Below are positions 19,505 through 28,054 of a DNA stretch of 59,321 bases, one piece after another; the stretch's first letter is position 1; the number at the start of each line of letters is the position of its first letter. Source of the DNA: a virus (lineage: Duplodnaviria; Caudoviricetes); IMG/VR virus record IMGVR_UViG_3300037882_001894, positions 1 to 59,321 of that record; one strand, given 5' to 3'. A program made the translations under genes and the position numbers. The notes beneath the pieces are model-generated. The model did not search any database, had not been told where the DNA came from, and saw only the letters and a program-made list of their open reading frames with translations.

Positions 19505-20419
19505 ATGAGAGATTTATACGAAGAGATTCAAGAATATTATTTGTTACAAGAAGCATTATCCAAAGAACCATCTACACCAATCGAGGATTATGAAGATGGT
19601 AGAACAAGAACTACCAGATTAACTAAGTACAAAAATGTATCTGGGTTCCAACCAGGAAATAAGTATCATCCTGATTATTCTGGTGTGCGCCATGATGTTT
19701 CATGGAACAATAACATCGATTCAGATCGAATGGATCACAAACAAAAAAAAGATTCTTTGCACGATGCTATGCACTTGCATAATCATTTTATTAAACACGG
19801 CACCAAACCAGGGGATATTGTGTCTAATATGCCTATTCCTGATACTAGCGATGAGCATAGTAGCAATAAAAGATCCAGAATATATTCTAAAATGGCTGGA
19901 TTTGGACAAGTTGGTGATGATGGTGAACAACACGGTATAGTGAAACAGCATCCCCATGACCATGAGGATGAGTCTAAACGTGGACAGCACTATCTACATC
20001 CATTAGAGCATCATGAGATAGAAGCACATGGTGATAAGCCATCTAGAGGCAGTACAGACAACACCACCAGACATCTAAGACAGAAATATGGTGATAACAC
20101 ATTCACACACACTAAACACAATAATGCTGTACATAAGCTGAAATCTACAGGTAACAATCACGAAGTAGATGAAAATAAATATGATGGTGAAAATAGTTAT
20201 AGTGGTGCTGATTATGATAAAGCACACAAAGCTAGTATAGCTAATCATACAAAACCAGGAGATAGTGTATCTCGTACTACTTTTCGTGATGATAAAAATC
20301 TTTCTAGTGTGTCTCGCGGTCATCAAATGGGATTTGGCGCACCAAAAACAAAATTCGATACATATACACAACACGCTAAAATTGGTAAGGATGGTAAACT
20401 AATTCCACACAATACGTGA
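19505..20419 (+). CDS. His/Asp/Lys-rich late protein
   Basis: TAAATA at 19476; internal repeat HGTKPGD / NHTKPGD...GFG. Confidence 0.6.
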   Translation: MRDLYEEIQEYYLLQEALSKEPSTPIEDYEDGRTRTTRLTKYKNVSGFQPGNKYHPDYSGVRHDVSWNNNIDSDRMDHKQKKDSLHDAMHLHNHFIKHGTKPGDIVSNMPIPDTSDEHSSNKRSRIYSKMAGFGQVGDDGEQHGIVKQHPHDHEDESKRGQHYLHPLEHHEIEAHGDKPSRGSTDNTTRHLRQKYGDNTFTHTKHNNAVHKLKSTGNNHEVDENKYDGENSYSGADYDKAHKASIANHTKPGDSVSRTTFRDDKNLSSVSRGHQMGFGAPKTKFDTYTQHAKIGKDGKLIPHNT

Positions 20420-20449
20420 TATAATATAGTTAACTATACAGGACATTAT

Positions 20450-20878
20450 ATGTTTGAACAAAAAATTGTCAAAAAAGTATTTCCTATAAAAACCTACGAA
20501 TCTTCATTAAATTTTGATCACGATTTTCCTCATCAATATAGAAAACAAACAATAATTAATTCTTGGCAATTTATTTTTGGTGAATCTACTGAAGTAGAAC
20601 ATACCACTACCAATAAACATATTAGTTATACTAATTTGCCATTGACTGCTTTTGATATTGTTAAACATGCTATTGTATCATTTACTCCCACCTTAAACTT
20701 TGGCTGGCTTAAACCAGAATACTCAATTCATGAAGTGCCTCAAACCATTGTTCATCACAAAACTTATGTTAATGTAATTCCATTAGAAACATATGATAAT
20801 CACCGAGAACGTGTTTATTTTTTGATGTCAGAACCAGAAGTAATTTCTTACAAACATAGACACAAATTACAAAAATAA
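20450..20878 (+). CDS. Hypothetical protein
   Basis: ORF with AGGA RBS and upstream TGnTATAAT. Confidence 0.55.
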   Translation: MFEQKIVKKVFPIKTYESSLNFDHDFPHQYRKQTIINSWQFIFGESTEVEHTTTNKHISYTNLPLTAFDIVKHAIVSFTPTLNFGWLKPEYSIHEVPQTIVHHKTYVNVIPLETYDNHRERVYFLMSEPEVISYKHRHKLQK

Positions 20879-20879
20879 C

Positions 20880-21170
20880 ATGTTTGAAGTAGTAAGAAAT
20901 AAAATATTTAAAGATACACTATTGAAATGTGTAGATCATTATTATTCGTATAATGGTGATTATTGTTTGGAAGTAGAGGTGATTGATGGTTGTTACAAAA
21001 AACCTATTTATTTTGGTTTTACTGGTAAAATTCCTTATCATATATTCATGTCTTGTGTAGATAAGCTTAATAGAAAAGAATCATTTTACTTGGCAGTTAA
21101 AATGTATGCCCCACCAGATGCTATGCATTCAGAACTAGATTTTATGGATTTTGAAATTTTAAATATATAA
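20880..21170 (+). CDS. Hypothetical protein
   Basis: Tightly coupled to the previous ORF. Confidence 0.5.
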   Translation: MFEVVRNKIFKDTLLKCVDHYYSYNGDYCLEVEVIDGCYKKPIYFGFTGKIPYHIFMSCVDKLNRKESFYLAVKMYAPPDAMHSELDFMDFEILNI

Positions 21171-21215
21171 AATCTCGATAAATACTATAGTATATCAATA
21201 TTATAGTATTTTTTT

Positions 21216-21734
21216 ATGAGTAAATATTTATTAAAGTTTGCCCTTAACACTAATAAATCTTCATCACTAATTGTGGGTTCTCTACAGTTAATCAAAGATG
21301 ATGTTTTGATTAATGAGTATAGAGCAACATCATCTTATAAAGGGTTTCAATATGACGGTTCTTGGAATGAAAAAGGTGGGTTGATACCGCCCACAGAAGT
21401 TTTAAAACAACGTAGAGGTGCCAATTCTTTTTATGAAGTCAAGACTTCACCAATAAAAATGCCCAATGTTAAGGGTGTAAATGGCGACTTTTTCCAAATA
21501 TTGCCATTTTCTACTGTTATGAGTAATGGTGTTGAACGTGGTGATTTTGGTTGCCACGCCGACAAATATAATGAACTACAAGGATACGATCCTGATATGC
21601 CCAAGTCTGGTGAGGGAACATTGGGTTGTATTGGTTTCCGTACTGGTAAAGGATATGCTGCATTCAGACGTGATATGAAAACTATCAAAGCAGAAGGTGT
21701 TACATCTATAGAATTATTAGTCAAATATACTTAA
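21216..21734 (+). CDS. L,D-transpeptidase-fold (Tlde1/DUF2778-like) peptidoglycan enzyme
   Basis: GGLIPP, RGDFGCHAD, GTLGCIG (His...Cys pattern); late promoter at 21179. Confidence 0.65.
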   Translation: MSKYLLKFALNTNKSSSLIVGSLQLIKDDVLINEYRATSSYKGFQYDGSWNEKGGLIPPTEVLKQRRGANSFYEVKTSPIKMPNVKGVNGDFFQILPFSTVMSNGVERGDFGCHADKYNELQGYDPDMPKSGEGTLGCIGFRTGKGYAAFRRDMKTIKAEGVTSIELLVKYT

Positions 21735-21737
21735 TAA

Positions 21738-21896
21738 ATGAAAACTTTACGAAAATACCCGAAAGGATGCTGGTACGATTTTACTTGGGATGGTGCGTAT
21801 GAGTATCCTATTGTACCGAAAGATCTTAAACGGTATTTTCGTAAAAAACTTAATAGAAAAAACTTAAAAGAACATATGCTAATGGAGAAAGAATAG
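21738..21896 (+). CDS. Small basic hypothetical protein (52 aa, not in ORF track)
   Basis: MKTLRKYPKGCWYDFTWDGAYEYPIVPKDLKRYFRKKLNRKNLKEHMLMEKE. Confidence 0.5.
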   Translation: MKTLRKYPKGCWYDFTWDGAYEYPIVPKDLKRYFRKKLNRKNLKEHMLMEKE

Positions 21897-22028
21897 TGTG
21901 GTGTATCATAAACCACCAAGACCAGATCTCCTGATAGGCGCATTAGGAGATTCTGTACATATATCTATAGCTAAATATAGAGTAGCAAAGAGCATAAAAG
22001 TACATATGGTAGCAAATAAATTAAAAAA

Positions 22029-22409
22029 ATGAAAACCTCTAGTTTAAAAAGTAAAGGGCGTTCATTTCAGCAAGATATTAGAGATCTTATTTTAGCAACA
22101 TTTCCTATATTGGAACCAGATGATGTAAAATCTACAGGAATGGGACAATCCGGCGAGGACATACAACTCTCACCCCATGCTAGAAAAATATTTCCATATT
22201 CTATCGAAGCAAAACGGCAAGAAAAACTATCAATTCCCGCATGGTGGCGACAAACAATTACCAACATAAAAGAAAATACTAATCCAGTATTAATTTTTCG
22301 ACAATCTAGACAAAAAGCATTAGTCGTAATCACGCTAGAACATTTTATGGAATTAGTAAAAGAGAATAGTGAAATGAAAATCATCATAAATAATAGTAGA
22401 CCGGATTGA
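22029..22409 (+). CDS. PD-(D/E)XK nuclease, putative Holliday junction resolvase
   Basis: SLKSKGRSFQQ, MGQSGEDI, YSIEAKRQEKLSI. Confidence 0.75.
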   Translation: MKTSSLKSKGRSFQQDIRDLILATFPILEPDDVKSTGMGQSGEDIQLSPHARKIFPYSIEAKRQEKLSIPAWWRQTITNIKENTNPVLIFRQSRQKALVVITLEHFMELVKENSEMKIIINNSRPD

Positions 22410-22412
22410 TAT

Positions 22413-22856
22413 ATGAACACAGATTTTATAAAGTTATTAGTATCACTAAACATAATTAGTATGTCCCAAGCAAAAAAAATTACACAAATCGTAGAATATT
22501 ACAAACAAGAAGCTGCTAAACCAAAAAGTGATGCAGAAATTCTATTAAAAGTTGAAGAACTACAATCTAAAGTAGATGAATTGGTAGCGGTTTCTGCTGA
22601 AGTAGATGCTGTTGTCGATGCCTATATTAAAGAACTTCCTGTAGTTGAAGCACCAGTTGAAGCACCAGTTGAAGAACCAGTTGAAGAACCAGTTGAAGCA
22701 GTTGAAGCTGTTGAAGCTGTTGAAGTTGTTGAAGCAGTTGAAGTTGTTGAAGCAGTTGAAGTTGTTGAAGCAGTTGAAGCAGTTGAAGCAGTTGAAGCAG
22801 TCGAAGCAGTTGAAGCTGTTGAAGAACCAAAATATATTATTCAATACCCCGAATAA
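22413..22856 (+). CDS. Acidic repeat protein with (VEA/VEE/VEV)n tail
   Basis: Coiled-coil N-terminus followed by a long VE(A/V/E/P) tract. Confidence 0.65.
   Translation: MNTDFIKLLVSLNIISMSQAKKITQIVEYYKQEAAKPKSDAEILLKVEELQSKVDELVAVSAEVDAVVDAYIKELPVVEAPVEAPVEEPVEEPVEAVEAVEAVEVVEAVEVVEAVEVVEAVEAVEAVEAVEAVEAVEEPKYIIQYPE
22644..22826 (+). repeat. 9/12-bp tandem repeat array (GTTGAAGCA variants)
   Basis: Repeated gttgaagca / gttgaagtt / gttgaagaacca units. Confidence 0.9.
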
Positions 22857-22862
22857 TATCTA

Positions 22863-22891
22863 TTGACAATATCAATTTTTAATGATATACT
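22863..22891 (+). promoter_or_regulatory. Sigma70-type promoter
   Basis: TTGACA-17nt-TATACT with TG. Confidence 0.75.
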
Positions 22892-22919
22892 GATATTAGT
22901 AAACTTAAATAAATAACGC

Positions 22920-23387
22920 ATGAAATTAAAATCAATTCTAGCATCTGTAATTTTGGCATTGGGTGTTGTATCATTAGCACCAAAAGCTAATGCCAACTAC
23001 ACTTGTTTGAACTCAGTATACTCTAGTCAAGGCATTGCTGTTTCTGGCACACAAACTAATACACTAGGCGGTAAATTAAACTTAGTTTGTGGCGAAAACT
23101 CTGCGTTTAGTTTTCGCCCATCAGTAACTATCAAAGATAATAGACTAGGGGTATCTGGTAGCGTCACCGTAGATAAGTATATTATTGATGTTGATGCTTA
23201 TGCTGGATTAGGATTAGCCACTAATCTTTTAGTTAATGATGATAAAGTAAAAGCATTTTTTGTAGTTGGTGGTGAACGGTTCATTAGTAGCAATTACACT
23301 TTATTCGGTGAAGTTAAATTCCCCTTTGAAACAGTAAAGTCCACCTACTCACCCACCATCAATGTTGGATTAGGTTACAAGTTCTAA
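22920..23387 (+). CDS. Secreted small outer-membrane beta-barrel protein
   Basis: Signal peptide MKLKSILASVILALGVVSLAPKANA; amphipathic strands; C-terminal beta-signal NVGLGYKF. Confidence 0.7.
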   Translation: MKLKSILASVILALGVVSLAPKANANYTCLNSVYSSQGIAVSGTQTNTLGGKLNLVCGENSAFSFRPSVTIKDNRLGVSGSVTVDKYIIDVDAYAGLGLATNLLVNDDKVKAFFVVGGERFISSNYTLFGEVKFPFETVKSTYSPTINVGLGYKF

Positions 23388-23408
23388 GCCAACATTAAAA
23401 AATAATAT

Positions 23409-23441
23409 AAAATCCTAGATTAACACTAATCTAGGATTTTT
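23409..23441 (+). terminator. Rho-independent terminator
   Basis: aaaatcctagatta-acac-taatctaggatttt. Confidence 0.85.
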
Positions 23442-23462
23442 AACTAACCTACCAAATTTCTG

Positions 23463-24104
23463 ATGACATACACCATTGCTAATGTATTTGATGATATACT
23501 AGATGATTTTGTCACTAGTAGAGTATATAGAAAAATAAATATCAAAAATATACTGAAATTATACAGTAGCACAGAAGTATTACAATATTACAATTCCAGT
23601 AATTATAAGATGATTCAGCAAAGTTGCGAGGATCTGCTTAGTGATGATGAATACATGCTATCAGCTTATAATTTATTTAATACTAATGATAAAAGAAACT
23701 ATATAAAAATCATCATTGATATAATTAATAATGTAAACTCTGCAACTAAAGAGATACAAACTGAAAAATATAAAAGCATAAGGTACTTAAAAAACTGCAC
23801 ATATTCTGGTAACACATTCACTTCACTACAACCAGTAGATTTAATTGATGCAAAATTATCTATGTTTTTTGATACCAACACTAACACATTGTTTATAGTA
23901 TCTGGAGCAAGTTTGTCCTGTGATAAAAATGGATCTCTTACTGGTATAGATGACATCCATTATAAAAAGACAAAAGTGCCATATATCATCTTGAATGATA
24001 TCCAAGAAAATAATTATGCTTCTATTTTGGATAGTGCTATTAAATCAGAAGACAATAAATTCAAAATAAATAAATACACAATTATTGTAAAAATTGTTTA
24101 CTAA
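23463..24104 (+). CDS. Conserved T4-like phage hypothetical protein
   Basis: SLQPVDLIDA...FDTNT..L and C-terminal INKYTIIVK pattern; precedes rnh. Confidence 0.55.
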   Translation: MTYTIANVFDDILDDFVTSRVYRKINIKNILKLYSSTEVLQYYNSSNYKMIQQSCEDLLSDDEYMLSAYNLFNTNDKRNYIKIIIDIINNVNSATKEIQTEKYKSIRYLKNCTYSGNTFTSLQPVDLIDAKLSMFFDTNTNTLFIVSGASLSCDKNGSLTGIDDIHYKKTKVPYIILNDIQENNYASILDSAIKSEDNKFKINKYTIIVKIVY

Positions 24105-24131
24105 ATATTCGTGTAAAGTTCAAATTAATAT

Positions 24132-24647
24132 ATGTCTATACTATATGATTGTAATCAATTTTTGATTGGTTCTATGCTAGTGTGTGAGAATTTGGGACAA
24201 GACGTGGACTTGGAACTAATACGAAAATTATTTGTCAAACAGATAAATCAATATGCTATTAGATTTTCACAATATGGCAGTCCAATACTATGTTTTGATA
24301 ATCAAGTGTATTGGAGAAAACAAAAATTCCCACACTATAAACACAACAGAAAAAATGATCGAAAAAAATCTAAAACTGATTGGAGTAAAATTTTTACCGA
24401 TATAAACTCCATCAAGGACAAACTAATAGATGGTGTGTATCCTGTATTAGATGTTCATGGGGCAGAAGCGGATGACTTGATAGCCTGTATAGCCAAACAT
24501 GAGAATAGTATAAATCAGAATACTATGATCATATCAGGGGATAAAGACTTCATTCAGTTATTGATCTATGATAATGTGTCAATATACAATCACCAGAAAA
24601 AAATTTTATTAGTGGGAGAAACTGGTTATGAACGCCGTATGCTATAA
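24132..24647 (+). CDS. rnh: T4-type RNase H (5'-3' exonuclease), N-terminal fragment
   Basis: D.NQ, CFDN..YWRK..FPHYK.NRK, AEADDLIA, IISGDKDFIQL. Confidence 0.85.
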   Translation: MSILYDCNQFLIGSMLVCENLGQDVDLELIRKLFVKQINQYAIRFSQYGSPILCFDNQVYWRKQKFPHYKHNRKNDRKKSKTDWSKIFTDINSIKDKLIDGVYPVLDVHGAEADDLIACIAKHENSINQNTMIISGDKDFIQLLIYDNVSIYNHQKKILLVGETGYERRML

Positions 24648-24951
24648 AAAAGAAGAGTTGACTGCACTATTATTAGAGCATATCATTAGAGGTGATCGTA
24701 GCGATGGTATCCCGAATATACACTCCGATGATAATTGTTTTGTCATTAATAAAAGACAAACGCCTATCACTAGCAAGACTATGACCAAAGTGTTCGACAA
24801 CCCAGCAGAATATTGTGATAGTAATGGTATTGCTGATAACTATAAAAGAAATCAGGTATTAATCGATTTTCAACATATTCCTGACGAATTGTATGAACGC
24901 ATAATCGATGCATATAAATATAGAAAACAATATAATCTACTAAAGAGATAA
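24628..24951 (+). CDS. rnh: T4-type RNase H, C-terminal fragment
   Basis: EHIIRGDRSDGIPNI.SDD..F...RQTPI, NYKRNQ.LIDF..IP; GGAG 9 nt before its ATG. Confidence 0.8.
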   Translation: MNAVCYKKEELTALLLEHIIRGDRSDGIPNIHSDDNCFVINKRQTPITSKTMTKVFDNPAEYCDSNGIADNYKRNQVLIDFQHIPDELYERIIDAYKYRKQYNLLKR

Positions 24952-24963
24952 CCAAAATAAACA

Positions 24964-25488
24964 ATGAAAATAAACAATCCTAATGTAAATAGTATGTTGT
25001 TCCCTGAAATATTCTTGAGTATTTCTAACATGGTGGGGAATACTAACAAAGCTAATCTAATAAAAGAATATAGAAGTAGTGTTCATGGTAATGCACTAAC
25101 CACCTTGATTTTCTTGATCTACAATAGTAAATTAGAATATAGATTACCCGAAGGCGAACCACCTTATAAGATCAATGATGTACCAATTGGCACCACACAT
25201 ACTATATTAACTGTCGAGCATAAACATCTATACAGATTTGTCAAAGGTGGACATGACGCATTACCACAACGAAAAGTTGAAGATCTCTATATTCAATTGT
25301 TAGAATCTCTACATCCTTCTGAAGCTGATCTATTGATTCGTATTTTTAATCGTAGTTTTGAAACTATTTGGAAGGGTGCAAGAAAATACAATATTCCCTT
25401 TGATGCTATTAAATTAGCTTATCCAGAGATTTTATGGAGTGAAAGAAAATCTGATATTGTTGTCCCAAAAATAAAAACTTCTCGCTAA
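24964..25488 (+). CDS. Conserved T4-like phage hypothetical protein
   Basis: LPEGEPPYK.ND.P.GT.HT.L, LYRFVKGG, IQLLESLHPSEA. Confidence 0.7.
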   Translation: MKINNPNVNSMLFPEIFLSISNMVGNTNKANLIKEYRSSVHGNALTTLIFLIYNSKLEYRLPEGEPPYKINDVPIGTTHTILTVEHKHLYRFVKGGHDALPQRKVEDLYIQLLESLHPSEADLLIRIFNRSFETIWKGARKYNIPFDAIKLAYPEILWSERKSDIVVPKIKTSR

Positions 25489-25516
25489 TTTTCAAATATT
25501 GTGTTATAATAATAAT

Positions 25517-25894
25517 ATGAAAATATTAAATTGCACAAAGAAAGACGTTAAGATTTTTGACAAAACATGTCTTACCAAAGATTATGATGATTGGATGGTC
25601 GATCAAGATAAAATTCCGATGTTCAAATTATATCCAACATCGGAAGAAGATTATTCGGTATTGCATATTCCTGATACCGAATCTATACACCCGATTATTA
25701 AATTATTTAAGGCTGCTTCACCAAATATTCCATCAGACGGGTATGACTATTACATAGTAAATTACAATCAATTAATTTACTATGTAGCCAATAATATCCA
25801 TGTTGGTAAACTGGTGCTGCCGCATGACTATGTACTTGGTGATTATTTTGAAATCTCTGGGTACACTTCACTAAAATTAGTAACATATGATTAA
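25517..25894 (+). CDS. Hypothetical protein
   Basis: ATG just after TGTGTTATAAT (25500-25510). Confidence 0.5.
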   Translation: MKILNCTKKDVKIFDKTCLTKDYDDWMVDQDKIPMFKLYPTSEEDYSVLHIPDTESIHPIIKLFKAASPNIPSDGYDYYIVNYNQLIYYVANNIHVGKLVLPHDYVLGDYFEISGYTSLKLVTYD

Positions 25895-26711
25895 CACGCT
25901 AAACAGAATCACAGAACACAATAAAGAACTTGGAATTGTAGATGTCACTGTATCTGCGGATTCTATCAATGAATTAGGAAATAGAATTACTACATTTATA
26001 CTACATAGATTTCCTAAAGGTGCCTGTCAAGCCGAATTAAATAAGCACAGAACCATTGCTAATAATAGTTTTAGTTCTCGCGCTGTTAATAAAAGCAAAT
26101 ATATCGAAAATATAAAAAATGATCCATACATACCAATATGGACATACAACAAACCAGGAATGATTGGTGATGTAGTGGAAGATGTCAAATATATCAAACA
26201 TCTCACCAATCAATATTTGAAAAAGATGGAGTATGATGTTGCGTATGTGCATAACAATTATGATGATATACATAAACAAGATACTAATACACAATTAGAT
26301 CATTATGCTCGAATCCCTATTATTGTTACTTCTACAAATTGGGAATACTTTTTTAATTTGCGTACTGCTGATGGGGTAAAACCAGAATTTAGACGTATTG
26401 CTATGATTGCACAAGAATTGTATAACAACAATACTCCAACAGAAACTAATTGGCACATTCCGTGGATAAAACCAGATGAACAGCATTTATCGGTAGAAGA
26501 TAAGTGTATTATGTGTGCTGCAAGAAGTGCGTGGTTATCATATGCTAATCATTTGGGTGAACAATCATTAGAACGTGCCCAAAAATTAGTATCAAGATTG
26601 ATAGCTGATAAGCACTATTCCACGCTAGATCATGCTGCTATTAGCGAACCTAATAGAGTTGGTGGTATATATACTGGGTGGACAGAACACCGACAATTAA
26701 TCCTAACTTAA
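25887..26711 (+). CDS. thyX: Flavin-dependent thymidylate synthase
   Basis: ADS....NRITTF...FP, AELNKHR....SFSSRA, NWEYFFNLR....KPEFR, H.S..DH.A. Confidence 0.8.
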   Translation: MINTLNRITEHNKELGIVDVTVSADSINELGNRITTFILHRFPKGACQAELNKHRTIANNSFSSRAVNKSKYIENIKNDPYIPIWTYNKPGMIGDVVEDVKYIKHLTNQYLKKMEYDVAYVHNNYDDIHKQDTNTQLDHYARIPIIVTSTNWEYFFNLRTADGVKPEFRRIAMIAQELYNNNTPTETNWHIPWIKPDEQHLSVEDKCIMCAARSAWLSYANHLGEQSLERAQKLVSRLIADKHYSTLDHAAISEPNRVGGIYTGWTEHRQLILT

Positions 26712-26713
26712 TT

Positions 26714-26902
26714 ATGCAAGAAAAAACTGATAATCTTACTCTTGAACAGTTGTTTGCCTGTACTAAATTTAAAGCATTAGTTGAGAAAATGTCTCTAGAT
26801 CAATCTAAAATGATGTTGTTGGAAATGCATCGACAAATGATGATTCAGAGTAATCATTATCAGCAAATATTGAAGCATCATTGGTTCTCTGATCTTAAAT
26901 AA
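26714..26902 (+). CDS. nblA: Phycobilisome degradation protein NblA
   Basis: LTLEQLF...KF...VEKMS.DQ...ML....RQMM...N.YQQILKH.W. Confidence 0.88.
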   Translation: MQEKTDNLTLEQLFACTKFKALVEKMSLDQSKMMLLEMHRQMMIQSNHYQQILKHHWFSDLK

Positions 26903-26923
26903 TTTTATCATAATAAACTAAAA

Positions 26924-27151
26924 ATGCCGACTTATATTTTTAAAGACACCCGAACTAATGTCAAATTCGAGAAATATTTGGGAATGTCTGAACTAGACGA
27001 TTTTAAACTACAAAACAAACACTTACAGCAGGTACCCACTGGGTTAAATGTTGTAGGCGGAGTTGGTGATATTAAAATTGATGATGGTTTTAAATCTATT
27101 CTCAACAATATTCGCGAAAATAATCCTGGTTCCACTATGAGAAAATATTAA
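26924..27151 (+). CDS. Conserved T4-like small protein (MPTY.F, FmdB-like)
   Basis: MPTYIFKD..T...FE....MSELD...GFK.IL..I...NPGS. Confidence 0.7.
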   Translation: MPTYIFKDTRTNVKFEKYLGMSELDDFKLQNKHLQQVPTGLNVVGGVGDIKIDDGFKSILNNIRENNPGSTMRKY

Positions 27152-27152
27152 A

Positions 27153-27809
27153 ATGACCATAGAATTGAATTTTTGGGAAAACAAAGAATATAATCGAGTA
27201 GTGGTAGATGGTGTGCGACATTACGACATCGAAGGAAACTACTATCCATCTGTCACTAGTGTAACATCAGCTTATGGTAAGGCTGGGATTGATAAATGGA
27301 GAAAAAAAGTTGGTGAAGAGGAAGCCAATAGGATCTGCAATACTGCGTCCGCTAATGGCACGTATATACACCATTTAGCAGAGCAATATATCTTGGGTAA
27401 TACTATAGATCATAGTAGATCTACATATTTACAAAAAATGATATTTGGTAATCTCAAAACCAATATCAATAAAATATCTGAGGTAAATTTATTAGAGAAT
27501 ACTTTGTTCTCCCATAAGCTTAAATTAGCTGGTACAGTCGATTGTGTTGGTGTCTATGATGGTAAATTGTCTATCATAGATTTCAAGACAGCAAAGGCAG
27601 AAAAGAAAGAGTCTTGGGTAGAATCATATATAGTACAGACAACTATATATTCGATGATGGTCTACGAAATGTATGGAATAAAGATCAGACAGATTGTGTT
27701 GCTGTTCGCTTGTAGTGATCTAACAACACCGATTATTGTAAAAACTATAGATAAAGACTTATTAGAATTAGTAAAAAAATACATAGAATTTTATCGCAAT
27801 GCTAAATAA
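27153..27809 (+). CDS. PD-(D/E)XK exonuclease
   Basis: GVRHY....YPSVTSV, WRKKVGEEEAN, LAGTVDCV..YDG.LSIIDFKT. Confidence 0.85.
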   Translation: MTIELNFWENKEYNRVVVDGVRHYDIEGNYYPSVTSVTSAYGKAGIDKWRKKVGEEEANRICNTASANGTYIHHLAEQYILGNTIDHSRSTYLQKMIFGNLKTNINKISEVNLLENTLFSHKLKLAGTVDCVGVYDGKLSIIDFKTAKAEKKESWVESYIVQTTIYSMMVYEMYGIKIRQIVLLFACSDLTTPIIVKTIDKDLLELVKKYIEFYRNAK

Positions 27810-28053
27810 AAAGCAACAATCATTTTTAGACGAACACTTATTAACCTCGGAAAAGTTCAATGATCTGATTGAACAACACCGAATAAACTTCGATACTTAT
27901 CTAGACACTATATCAGATTATGTCCAAAACAATAATATGGAGATAGCCGTAGTGAAAAAGTTATTAAATCCCCAAATCTTATCAAAATTAAGAGCAGAAT
28001 GTGAATTTGTGAATTTGATCAGTAAACAATCAAACACCAATCCTTTATTTTAG
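27799..28053 (+). CDS. gp33: Late-transcription co-activator
   Basis: KF...IE......YLD.I..Y...N..E...VKKL....L.KL.AE...NL; gp33-gp59-gp32 synteny. Confidence 0.8.
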   Translation: MLNKKQQSFLDEHLLTSEKFNDLIEQHRINFDTYLDTISDYVQNNNMEIAVVKKLLNPQILSKLRAECEFVNLISKQSNTNPLF

Positions 28054-28054
28054 T

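Noticed and set aside
22560-22866. Alternative ORFs (FNC, LQL and KQL repeats) over the VEA array
   Set aside because: Shadow frames of a stop-poor tandem repeat; also not a CRISPR array because there are no unique spacers
27153-27809. Cas4 / CRISPR adaptation role for the PD-(D/E)XK nuclease
   Set aside because: No Fe-S cysteine cluster or array; it occupies the usual core exonuclease position upstream of gp33
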